Shown here in pieces: positions 24,546-36,300 of a DNA stretch of 64,000 bases. The notes beneath the pieces are model-generated. The model saw only the letters and a list, made by a program, of their open reading frames with translations. It was not told where the DNA came from and did no database searches. Each line of letters starts with the position of its first letter. Positions within the stretch are counted from its first letter, which is position 1. Both the position numbers and the translations under genes were made by a program. Origin of the DNA: Cetorhinus maximus. Its lineage: Eukaryota. The stretch is from the NCBI RefSeq assembly GCF_964194155.1, contig NC_135887.1, forward strand, positions 63,798,001-63,862,000, written 5' to 3'.

Positions 24546-25764
24546 CAAAGCGAATACTCACTCTTCAAACTGATCTGTGGGAAACACTTCTTGAACTAGC
24601 ACAGACTGAATGAACTCAAAAAATATCACATTGGCCCACCAGGATGTTAGGGCCACTTGATCCTTTCAACTTCAACTTAATGAACTTTGAAAATATTATT
24701 TCACTATCACCAATATGTTGGGACTGTTTTCTTGTTTCAATTCATTTTGTTACTTCAAACATTAGAATACGCAGGCAATAACTGCAGAATCAGATCTTTA
24801 ATGAGACATCGCACTACACAAGCCATTATGTGTACAGGGTCTTTCATGAACTTGCCATTGAAATGAGAACTTGGATAGATAACACTTCGCAATCCCAGCA
24901 TAAGTACAACATACAGTGATTCAATTACAGCTCCTGCTATTTCTACATTCCATGCATGCTCCACTAAATAATAGTTCGTATTGATGCATAAAAGTGACAT
25001 CAGAATAACAACATGAAGACATGATGCACTTATGTCCCCTCTATCTCTCCTAATCATTTTGTTACCATAGTCATGTGGTCCACAATTTTATTACTTGTAA
25101 GCACAGCAAATAGATCAACATGTCCCAAACTAAAGACATGGATGAATGACTTTCACACATTCCATCAGTAACTTTAGGTCCACTTGCATAGTACTGCTTA
25201 GCAGAAAGCTGCTTTAACTCATTGTGCCTTGATCCCACAAACGGTCCAGCACAATGGTGGTGTGAGCTGTCATTTCCACATCATTATTTTGGGCCTTATC
25301 ATTAATGTGCAAGAGAAAGGAAGAGCTAGTTAGTAACTTGGACAATCCCAGTTAAACTTCTGACACTATTGGAGCTTGATTGTTACATCAAGTTTGGCTG
25401 TGCTCACTGTTTCCTGTGTGGCACATTTCTGGTCTTGACCATATTATCAGATGGATATGGCAGGGATACAGTGTGCTATTTTATAGGGAGGCAAGGCAGC
25501 AGCATTTAGAGAACACATTCAAAGTAATTGAGCAATCACTGCTAATTTGTAATATACACAGCAGGTTCCAACAGCCTCTGGATGAGCAAACCATTTTGCT
25601 GCTTTGGGTGTGACTCTTTGCAAGTTTTGCTGAAGAGGTAATCTTTCAGATGTTGGTGTGCATTTTGAAGATTTTCAGTTCCAGTGTTACTTTTTGTCAG
25701 CCTAAGAAAGGAGTGGTTGGGTTGTGTTGTTTCCTCTGTTATAGGTTGTATATTCACGTTTCAG

Positions 25765-25894
25765 GGATACTATGGACAGTGCGAAGCAGAGTGCTGCTCT
25801 ATGTCTGTTGCGGTTGTACAGGACATCTCCTGATCTGGTACCCATGGAAGAATGGACGTCACGAGTGGTTCATCTTTTGAATGACCAGCACTTG
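25765..25894 (+). CDS. AP2A2: AP2A2-like exon 5
   Basis: [43 protein letters not shown]; 130 nt; AG/GTAACA. Confidence 0.96.
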
Positions 25895-25984
25895 GTAACA
25901 CCATTCAAGATTTCCTTCCAATAACGTATAATCACTGAAGGATCATTATAGTTTTTTTGATTGCCCTATGTCTCCTCCATCCAG

Positions 25985-26086
25985 GGCGTTGTAACTGCTG
26001 CTACAAGTCTGATCACCATACTTGCGCAGAAGAACCCTGAAGAGTTTAAAACTTGTGTTTCCATGGCGATTTCAAGGCTGAGTCGG
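25985..26086 (+). CDS. AP2A2: AP2A2-like exon 6
   Basis: [34 protein letters not shown]; 102 nt; follows a 90-nt intron; AG/GTAATA. Confidence 0.96.
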
Positions 26087-26279
26087 GTAATACGTTCTTT
26101 TGCTTTGTTCATGTGTAGCACTTCACTGTCAGCTAACATGAATGAGAAATGTAAAATGAAAAAGAGCGCAACTGCACACACCCTGGAGGGTCAAGTATAG
26201 TTTATTGTGGGAACATGAATCCTATAGGGCAGGATGTAGTTTAGTGTGGGAATTGATCTCGCAGCAGTTACATTTTGCA

Positions 26280-27140
26280 GAAGAGAGTTCCAAGCTTCTT
26301 GTCACCCTTTTCATGAAGAAACATTTCCTAATTTCAACACTAAAAGGCCTGACTCTGAATTATTTTGACTATGTGCCCAGTCCTAGTCTCCCCAATGAGC
26401 AGAAATGGTTTCTACCAATCTATCCCTTTGATCAAACTGCTCCATAACCTTCTAAATTCCAAGGAATACAACCCTAGTTTATTTATTTGTTCCTTGTAGT
26501 TTTTTGCCCTTTGACTACAGTTCTAGTAAAGCTATCCTGCACTCCCTCTAAGGCCAATGCATCCTTTCTAAGTGCTTGGTGCTCAGATCTGCTCACAACA
26601 CCCTAGGTGTGGTCTAACCAGGGCTTTGTGTAGCTGAAGCACATCTTCTACCAACTTCTAGTTGGAGCAGCATTCCACGAGCCCTTTTGATTTAGTTTTG
26701 TACCCGCTCATGTCATTTTAATGAGCCGTGTACCTGGACCTCAAATTCTTTGAACCTCCACTTATTCTAATTTTTCACCAATTAAAAAGTATCCTGTTCT
26801 ATCCTTTCTAGGTCCAAAATGGATAACCTTACATTTATTTACATTGAAATCCATTTGTCACATTTTTTACCCATTCATTTAATCTATCAGTAATACTATT
26901 TAATTTTGTGCTTCCATCTACACAACTCATAATACTGCCTATCTTTGTGTCAAGTTTATATATATATAGCCTTTTATCATATTATCTAAGTCGTTAAAGA
27001 ATACAATGAATAGATGAACCCCCAACACAGATAATTGCAAGACATTGCAAGATGTCTCTCTGATAGCCCAGGTAAATAACATCACTGGCAGTCCCCTGTC
27101 CACTACTTTATCACTACCTTTGGAAAATGAAACCAGATAC
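26280..27140 (-). mobile_element. Old CR1 LINE fragment
   Basis: Reverse-strand CR1 motifs ALVRPHL, MDFNVNKCKVIHFG and VFFNDLD. Confidence 0.7.
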
Positions 27141-27457
27141 ACTAGGCATGACCTATCTATTTTTTATTCAGCCGTGGCATGTAAGTGCACTGGTAAGGCC
27201 GGCATTGATTCCTATGAAACTCTAGTCCTAAGTGACAGGGAGCATTGTGGTTTGGGAACATCAGCTCTGGAGGATGTGATAAAATTTAGTGCTGGAACGA
27301 GAAGTCTATAGGGTGCTGTGAAGTTTTAAGAGGGAATGTGAATCCTGTAGTGTGGATTGTACTTTGATGTGGGGATGTGAATATTGTAGTCTGGAGTATA
27401 GTTTATTGTAGTGTAGAGTGTAGTTTAGTGCGGGAATATGAATATTGTATTGTGGAG

Positions 27458-28017
27458 ATAAAAGCAAAAAACTGCGGATGCTGGAAATCCAAAAAAAAAA
27501 ACCTGGAAAAACTCAGCAGGTCTGACAGCACCTGCGGAGAGGAACACAGTTAACGTTTCGAGTCTGTATAACTCTTCAACAGAACTAAGGAAAAATAGAA
27601 AAGAGGTGAAATATAAGCTGGTTTAAGGGAAGGGTGGGACAGGTAGAGCTGAATAGAGGGCCAGTGATAGGTGGAGATAACCAAGAGATGTCATAGACAA
27701 AAGCACAAAGAGGTGTTGAAGCTGGTGTTATTATCTAAGAAATGTGATAATAAAGGTACAGATAGCCCTAGTGGGGGTGAGGTGGGGGGAAGGGATCGAA
27801 ATAGGCTAAAAGGCAGAGATAAAATAATGGATGGAAATACATTTAAAAATAATGGAAATAGGTGGGAAAAGAAAAATCCATATATATTGGAAAAAAGGGG
27901 GATTGGAAAGGGGGTGGGGATGGAGGAGAGAGTTCATGATCTAAAATTGTTGAACTCAATATTCAGTCCGAAAGGCTGTAAAGTGCCTAGTCGGAAGATG
28001 AAGTGCTGTTCCTCCAG
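27458..28017 (-). mobile_element. 5'-truncated Penelope-like retroelement (GIY-YIG C-terminus plus 3' pseudo-LTR with hammerhead motif)
   Basis: Minus strand LEEQHFIFRLGTLQPFGLNIEFNNFRS*, typical of the end of a PLE ORF. Hammerhead motif at 27547-27586. 15-bp TSD TATTGTATTGTGGAG (27443-27457 / 28018-28032). Confidence 0.85.
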
Positions 28018-29931
28018 TATTGTATTGTGGAGTATAGTTTAGTGTGGGAATGTGAATATTGTAGTATGGAGTATAGTTTAGTGTGGGACTATGAATGCGA
28101 AAGTGTGGAGTATAGTTTAGAGTGGGAATGTGAATCCTGTAGTGTGGAGTATAGCTTAGTGTGGGAATGTGAATGCTATAGTGTGGAGTATAGTTTAGTG
28201 TGGGAATGTGAATATTGTTGTGTTGAGTATAGTTTAGTGTTGGAATGTGAATATCGCAGTGTGGACTGTAGCTTAGTGTGAGAATGTGATTACTGTAGTG
28301 CGGAGTATAGTTTACTATGGGAATGCGAATCCTGTAGCGTGGGAATGTGAATATTGTAGTGTGGAGTATGGTTTAGTGTAGGAATATGATTGTTGGAGTG
28401 TGGGAATGTGAATATTGTCATGTGGAGTCTAGTTTAGTTTTGGAATGTGAATATTGTAGCGTGGAGTATAGTTTAGTGTGGGAATGTGAATATTGTATTG
28501 TGTAGCATAGTTTAGTGGGGAAATGTGAATCCTATACTGTAGAGTATACTTTAGGGTGGGAATGTGAGTATTTTAGTGTGGGGTATAGTTTAGTTTGGGA
28601 ATGTGAATATTGTAGTGTGGAGTATAGTTTAGTGTGCGAATGTGAATATTTTAGTGTGGAGTACAGTTTAGTTTTGGAATGTGAATATTGTAGTGTTGGG
28701 TATAGTTTAGTGTGAGTATGCATTTTGTCATGTGGAGTACAGTTTAGTGTGGGAATGTGAATATTTTAGTGTGGAGTATAGCTTAGTGTGGGAATGTGAC
28801 TATTTTACTGTGGAGTCTAGATTAGTGTGGGAATGTGAATGTTGTAGTGTGTAGTATAGTTTAGTGCTGGAATGTGAATCCTATAGTGTGGAGTATAGTT
28901 TAGTGTGGGAATGTGAATATTTTAGTGTGGAGTATAGTTTAGTGTGGGGATGTGAATGTTGTAGTGTGTAGTATAGTTTAGCGCTGGACTGTGAATCCTA
29001 TAATGTGGAGTATAGTTTAGTGTGGGAATGTGAATATTTTAGTGTGGAGTATAGTTTAGTGTGGGAATGTGAATGTTGTAGTGTGTAGTATAGTTTAGTG
29101 CTGGAATGTGAATCTTATAGTGTGGAGTATAGTTTAATGTGGGAATGTGAATATTGTCGTGTTGAGTATAGTTTAGTGTGGGAATGTGAATATAGTTGTG
29201 TGTTGTATAGTTTCGTGTGAGAATGTGAATCCTACAGTGTGGAGTATGGATAAGTGTGGAAATGTGAATATTTTAGTGTGGGGTATAGTTTAGTGTGGGA
29301 ATGTGAATCCTGTAGTGTGGCGTATAGTTTAATGTTAGAATGTGAATATTGCCTTGTGGACTGTAGTTTAGTGTGAGAATGTGATTATTCTAGTGCGGAG
29401 TAAAGTTTAGTGCAGGAATGTGAATCCTGTATTGCGGAGTATAGTTTAGTGTGGGAATGTGAATATTGTCGTGTGGAGAATAGTTTAGTTTGGGAATGTG
29501 AATATTGTAGTGTGGAGTATAGTTTAGTATGGGAATGTGAATCCCGTGTGTGGGAATGTGAATATTTTAGTGTGGAGTATAGTTTAGCGTCTCAATGTGA
29601 ATATTGCCGTGTGGACTGTAGCTTAGTGTGAGAATGTGATTACTGTCGTGCGGAGTATAGTTTGCTGAGGGAATGTGAATCCTGTAGTGTGGGAATGTAA
29701 ACACTGTAGTGTGGAGTATAGTTTAGTGTAGGAATATGAATATTGTAGTGTGGAGTATAGTTTAGTGTAGGAATATGAATATTGTAGTGTGGGAATGTGA
29801 ATATTGTCGTATGGAGACTAGTTTAGTTTTGGAATGTGAATATTGTAGAGTGGAGTATAGTTTAGTGTGAGAATGGTGAATATTGTAGTGTGGAGTACAG
29901 CTTAGTGCGGGAATGTGATCATTGTTGTGTA

Positions 29932-30275
29932 GAGATGTTGAGAAGATGTTTCCACTAGTGGGGGAATCTCGAACTAAGGGCCGTCGTTACAGAATAAGGG
30001 AGCACTCATTTAAACCTGACATGTGAAGGAATTTCTTCGCTGAGGTAGTGAATGTCTGGAATTCTCTACCTCAGAGAGTTGTGGAGGCTAGATCACTGAA
30101 AGTATTTAAGGAGGAGATAGATAGATTTTTGAAATATCAGTGAGTTGAGGGCTATGTGGTGCTGGCATAAAAGAGGAGTTGAGGCCTGGGACAGATCAGC
30201 CATGATCTTATTGAATGGTGGGGCAGGCTTGAGCGGCCGAATGGCCTAAATCTGCTCCTCTTTCTTATGCTCATA
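29932..30275 (+). mobile_element. CR1 3' fragment inserted in the minisatellite
   Basis: WNSLPQRVVEA motif followed by the CR1 3' UTR GATCAGCCATGATCTTATTGAATGG. Confidence 0.88.
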
Positions 30276-31060
30276 TGGAGTATATTTTCATGTGGGATTG
30301 CGATTATTGTAGTGTGGAGTATAGTTTAGTGTGGGATTGTGAATATTGTAGTGTGGAGTATAGGTTAGTGTAGGAATGTGAATATTGTCATGTGGAGCAC
30401 GAATTCTGAAATTATCAATTCATCCTCAGTCTCAAAAACATTTTGGAGACGAGAGTTCTCAATTTGCAGTCGTCTTTTTGTGATGGGGTACTTCCTGACA
30501 TCACCCTAAAATGGCTTTACTCTAATTTTAAGGTTATGTCTCCTGACTCTGCACTTTGCCACTGGAGAAAATAATTTCTCTCTATCTACCCATTAACTCT
30601 TTTGATGATCTTTAGTACTTCAATTCGCTCACCTTGTTTATGTTCTCTACTCTCATGATATTTGGCATTCTTATCTGACTCCCTGTATGACACGTTGATG
30701 TTTGAATAAGGGTTTTCATACACTCGTGACGACCTTCCATTACAGTAGCTACTCTGAAAACAAGGATTAGAAATTATATGGTGCTGAGTGACATCTTGAA
30801 GCACTGTGCACTTAACAGTGCAGTGATTGTGATGTAGGCAAGCTAGGCCTGTGGATACTAGAATGGTTAGAATACTTGATTCATCAATTGAAAAATGGCT
30901 GTTAATACTCAGTGGCAATTTTTTAAATGAAGTGTCTTGATGTGTGATTGAAAAAGAATAGGATCACACTATCTTGATGATGGGTCCCTTGGTTGGTTTG
31001 GTCAGGTTGCATAGGACTTCCTGCCTTTATTTAAACTGTTCATACTTTTTGTTATTTCAG

Positions 31061-31169
31061 ATTGTATCATCTGCTTCGACTGACCTCCAGGACTACACCT
31101 ATTACTTTGTCCCGGCACCTTGGCTTTCAGTGAAGCTTCTTCGGCTGTTGCAGTGCTATCCTCCACCAG
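31061..31169 (+). CDS. AP2A2: AP2A2-like exon 7
   Basis: [36 protein letters not shown]; 109 nt; AG/GTGAGG. Confidence 0.97.
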
Positions 31170-32438
31170 GTGAGGCCATCCATACCTCTGCCAGGGGAGC
31201 CACCCAGTTCGCCGCTGGGGTGAACTATAATCATTTTCATGGATAACACCATCATCCATTTTCGAGCAATCTGTTTATAGCAAATGACCCCATGTTTTGT
31301 CCTTGATCTGTGTATCTTGTGGTGAATTGTTTGTTGTCACTCACTGGGCTCACTAATGAAGAGTGGCGATTTGGATGACATAGCAGAAAGCTGCTGGCCA
31401 CGAGGGTCTCACTGGGTAACACCATGTATACTCATGTAAAATTCGAGTTTTTAAGACTCAACTTTTAGCCAAAAAAGTACACGAGTAATATTTTCAAGGG
31501 GATGAAATCCTCACACTATCACAGCATTACCAGGTTGGAGATTGTTCCCACGAACCCCGCCTCCAAAAGTAGCGCAAATGAATCCGAGAAGTATTTTTAT
31601 GATTGAATTTTTATTTGTAAATAAGTAATAACCACAGTAGAAACAGACATTAATTTGTGTACACTAATCAAATAGAAAAGCCATATATAAAAATTTATAC
31701 AATTTCATACAGTTTTTGTTCATTGGCAGCAAAGCATGCACTCAATGTGTATTAAAATCCATAAAAATTGCTGCCCTCCTTGTCTTCACAACAAAATAAC
31801 AAGTCCTAATCTCCTTGATTGGCATCATTATATGGATCATCAACATCATCTTCACCAGCAACCACATCATCATCAGCCATATCCACTAATAATCACCTTA
31901 TATGCCATCAAGTGCATTGGATATCCCACATTATTGAATGATTTGATGACAGCCGCTGTTCCAATTTCATCCCAGGCTTCTTCAACCCATTCACACAGGG
32001 TTGCTAACATCAGAGCCCGTAGGGCTGCCTCCTTGGTGAATGTCTTCTCACCACCAATCGTGCAGTCATTGCACTTTGTTCTCAATTCTTGAAGGGTTTG
32101 TTTAGAGAGACACCAATGGTTGAACAAGCCTGATTCGACCACTGCGAACCACTGCAGTGTCACTGTTTTGTGATCTAACTTCAGCAACAAAGTCATTAAC
32201 GAGGTATGATTTGAACGTATCCCAGATGAGAAGACTTTTTTCTTTTCGTAATCCTATTGGTTGGAAACTCCAAACGTTCTTTCATCATATTCTCAAGCCA
32301 TCTTCATCCATCCATCCTTTATTGTGAACGCGGATGACCACGCCTTTGGGATTTGCTGTTTTGGGAGCGTTTATCTCAAATTTCACGATTGGCTTAAGCT
32401 TTGTCCCACCGGACATGCACAACAGCACAACTGTGAAT

Positions 32439-33281
32439 TGTTACGACTGGGCTGGTAGGAGTGCACTGTCTGCCTCTCGTCCCACTAGTCCACGGGTCAC
32501 AACATATATTTAAATGATTTCCCAAGCTAGCTATACGGCCAAATATGTGTTTTCAGAATGACCTCTCAATGACCAGTTTTTCTCAATAAACAATAAAATT
32601 ACTAGTGTATTATAAAACCAGACTTATTAAATAGAAAGGCAAAGCTTATTAACATACAGTATGAAATATGAAGGTCTTTCGAAATAAGTCTCACACGCAC
32701 ACAAAAAATAAAAGCAGAAGAATTCTGCCAAAGGTTCAAAGTCAGTGGTTTAAAGGGGAAATGTGTACACGGTGGAATCCTTGAAATGGCATCCGGGTTA
32801 TACGGTTGGTCTGCGAAACAATTGCTGACTTTTGTACTGCTTTTCAGATGGGCTCGAGGAACACTCAAGGGTACTCAAATCCAGCACATAGAGCAACTCA
32901 GGAGCAGCTTTTATTCACTTCTGGCTGTGGACTGGCGCTGGACTGCAAAAAGGCTGCTGTCTTCCTCACAAGCAGTTGGACCTTCTCTTCTCAAAAGCAA
33001 AAGAAAAACCCACTTCAAATGCAGTTTTAGGCATAGCTTTTTTTCCAGAGCCAGAAAATACCATGTGACCTCCTTTGTACACGGTTGACCAGGGTCAGGA
33101 CTTTTAGTTTCTTTACAACTGTTTAAATGCCTTTTCTTGTAAATGGATGTCTCTTCCAAGAAAAACAATCAGAGTTCAAGCATTAACCCTGTCAGAAACA
33201 GCGCCTTTTAAAATGCAAATTCTTCTAGGATGTTTAGTTGTTGAAGATAAGCCATTTTCTGTGATTGAAGTGTTCATGACT
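32439..33281 (-). mobile_element. Solo LTR within the pogo transposase
   Basis: Perfect 4-bp TSD GAAT (32435-32438 / 33282-33285). Homologous to 11962..12819. Confidence 0.88.
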
Positions 33282-33340
33282 GAATCTACTGTTTTCATGG
33301 CTAGTTGCCTTCAGTAACCCTGTTTTCTCTCCAACTCTGC

Positions 33341-36300
33341 AGTTATGACACAGCTGGTGGTAAACGCTGAGCTGCTCAAATCCCAAAGGGAAACTTGAAA
33401 CAACTGCCACAACTGTTCTGCAATTTGTATATTTATTTCGAGGTGCATGCCTTGAATTCAGTAGTATTAAGTCCACCGAGTCTTAGCGGGTTTTTACAAA
33501 ACTAAATTAAATGTTCATTAATAAAAGAAATAATTTTAAGTACATACATAGGTCTACAAATTACTACTATGATAACTCCCAGCACCCCTGATTAATCTAA
33601 CTCCCAGTTACACTTCTGTTAAGGCAAGAGTAAAACAGCGTAGATTTCAAAAGACCCAGGCAAAGCAACACCAGACCCTGAACAGTCAAATTCAAAGTGA
33701 GTTTTCTTAATTTCAGTTCTTTGTAGACAGCAGCTTGAGGCTTAGATGCTGGCGGCTTTTCACACGTGTGTTAGAGCTTAAAATGCCTGCCCTTACACAC
33801 AGCCTTCTGCACTTTATACATGTTTTCCCCATTGAATGCAAATTCCCATTGTTTCACTATGTTTTTGGACTTTACCTCTCTAATAATAAAACCTATCATA
33901 ATACTAATTTTACCAGTAATCTTTGGGAAAAATAAACACACTGTTTCTTAACTTTTTCTTGCTAGGTGTAACATTTCACCTCCTCCTTTGAATTCAAGCT
34001 ACTCTGGTTTATTTAAAAATGCAAATGTTCCCTTTACACCTCATATTCTAAAACTTCACCCATGTTTACTTATTTAGCATTTCAAACCTAGCTTCTCTTC
34101 TTACATCAAAGCCTTCAGACCAGCTGTTTTTAATTCAATTAAGTCCCCCCACAAACACACACTCCCCATTATTATTGTATTTTACAATAAATTCCAATAA
34201 CATTATGAAAAGCATTATATCTTCCTGACATCTCCCTCCTTATTAAAAAAATAATTTGAAATGATGACTTCATTTTCTGAACCTATCTTATATTAGCTCG
34301 AAACTTATTACACTATTACATTACTAGGTGCATGTATTAACATAATATATATATAAACCCTTCGTATCAACAAATCATTCCAGTCGTGTTCAGTTTTTAA
34401 ATGTCCAATTTTTCTCTTTAAGCTTCAAACTCTTGACAAAGCACCTGCCATCAGATTTTCTTGTCCAGTTACATGTATAATTTGTAGATTAAATGTTTGC
34501 AGCAAAAAACTTCATCTGAATAGCCTTGCACTTTTGCCTCGAAATTTGTCCAGAAACTTTAAAGGATTGTGGTCTATATAAACAATTGTTTCTGATGAAT
34601 TGCTTGCAATGTAAATTTCAAAATTCTGCAATGCTAACACCAGACCTGAAGTTTCCTTTTCAATCGTTGAATGTCTTCTTTGTTGTACATTCAATTTTTG
34701 TGAAAAATACCCGATCGGTTTTCCAATTCCACTGTCGTCGCCTTGTAACAGTACGGCCCCAATGCCTATAGCACGTGCATCAACAGCCAACTTAAATTGA
34801 TTGGCATAATTTGGTACTGCCAAAATTGGTGTCATAGTTAATACAGTTTTCAAACTGCCAAATTCCTTCTGACGCTCCTGTGTCCATTGAAACTTCTTGT
34901 TTTTTTTAATAATTCAATAGAGCAACCACACTGCTAAAATTTGGTACAAATTTCTGGTAAAACTCACTCGTGCCCAGAAATATCAGAACTTCGTGCTTTG
35001 TTGTAGGCACGGGGAAATCCATGATAGCCTTGACTTTCACATCTCTTGGAGCCACCTTAACCATGTCCAATGGTATGGCTTAGATATGTAACTTGCGCTT
35101 TTGAAAATTCACTTTTAGCCAAGTTCATCACCAAATTAGCTTGCAATCGATTAAGTAATTCTTCCAGATGTTGTAAATGCTCCTCCCATGTCTGACTGAA
35201 AACGATCACGTCGTCAATATAAACAACATATTTGCTCAGACCTGCAATTACTTTGTCAGTTTTTGAAATGTGCAGGTGCTTTTTTCAAACCAAACAGCAA
35301 GACTTTAAACCGACAAAGTCCATCTGGCGTCACAAAAGCAGATATTTCCTTTGCTGTCTCTGATAGCGGTACTTGCCAATATCCTCTTAGCAAGTCAATC
35401 TTTGTGATAAATCTTTGATTGTCCCATTTTCCCAATGCAATCTTCCAACCTTGGTATAGGATATGAATCCACTTTTGTCACCACATTCACCTTTCGATAG
35501 TCTACACACAGTCTTTGTGTTCCACCCAGTTTCGGTACAAGCACAATAGGTGTACTCCAGTTACTGCAACTAGACTCAATTATATCATTTTGAAACTTGA
35601 TTTAATTGCAGGAAAATCAATTTCAGAATCCTGCATTTCTACCACTTTCCCTTTATTTACCACCACTAACACCTCCTTTTGTCCTGTTCCTTGTCAAAGT
35701 ACTTTTGAGCATATTTACATGACATACCCTCTGCTTCTTTCTTCTATCTGGAGTATTTATTAAATAATTTACTTCACTCAGTTTCTTAGTCCTGTAAGGC
35801 CCATTAAATCTTGCCTTTAACGAGTCACCGTGCTGTGACATCTTTGAATGTTCCCTAGCTAATTCACATTCTTTGTCCAATCTCTCACTGAAGTTTGATA
35901 CATAATCCAGGAGAGTAGTTCCCAAATTTTGATCCGCCAATTTCTCATGAATTAATTTGTGGTCCCCTTACCTCACGACCATAAACTAGTTCAAAAGGAC
36001 TAAAACCAGTAGGTGCATTAGGAGCGTCCCTAATAGCAGATAACATGATTAGAATTCTCCGACCCTAATCCTGTGGATAATCCTAACTATATGCCCTCAT
36101 CGTAGCTTTTAGAGTTTGATGCCATCTTTCCAAAGCCCCTTGTGACTCAGAATGGTAAGCTGTTGACTTAAACTGTTTTATTCCCAAACTGTTCATTACT
36201 TCCTTAAACAGCTGTGACATGAAATTTGAACCCTAGTCTGATTGACATGAAATTTGAACCCTGGTCTGATTGTATTTCTTTAGGTAAACCATATCTTTTA

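Larger units (their letters stand above)
27340..30400. repeat. 39-bp minisatellite array (about 3 kb) with two retroelement insertions
   Basis: Unit GTGTGGGAATGTGAATATTGTAGTGTGGAGTATAGTTTA. A stray unit occurs at about 26195-26255. Confidence 0.95.

Noticed and set aside
28003-29631. Cys-rich 13-aa repeat ORFs (VWECEYCSVEYSL)
   Set aside because: The 39-bp unit is a multiple of 3, but the array has frequent stops and indels and lies in an intron.
33282-33340. Gmr1 element nested inside the 32439 solo LTR
   Set aside because: The GAAT TSD closes the solo LTR at 33281, and the intervening bases encode pogo transposase.
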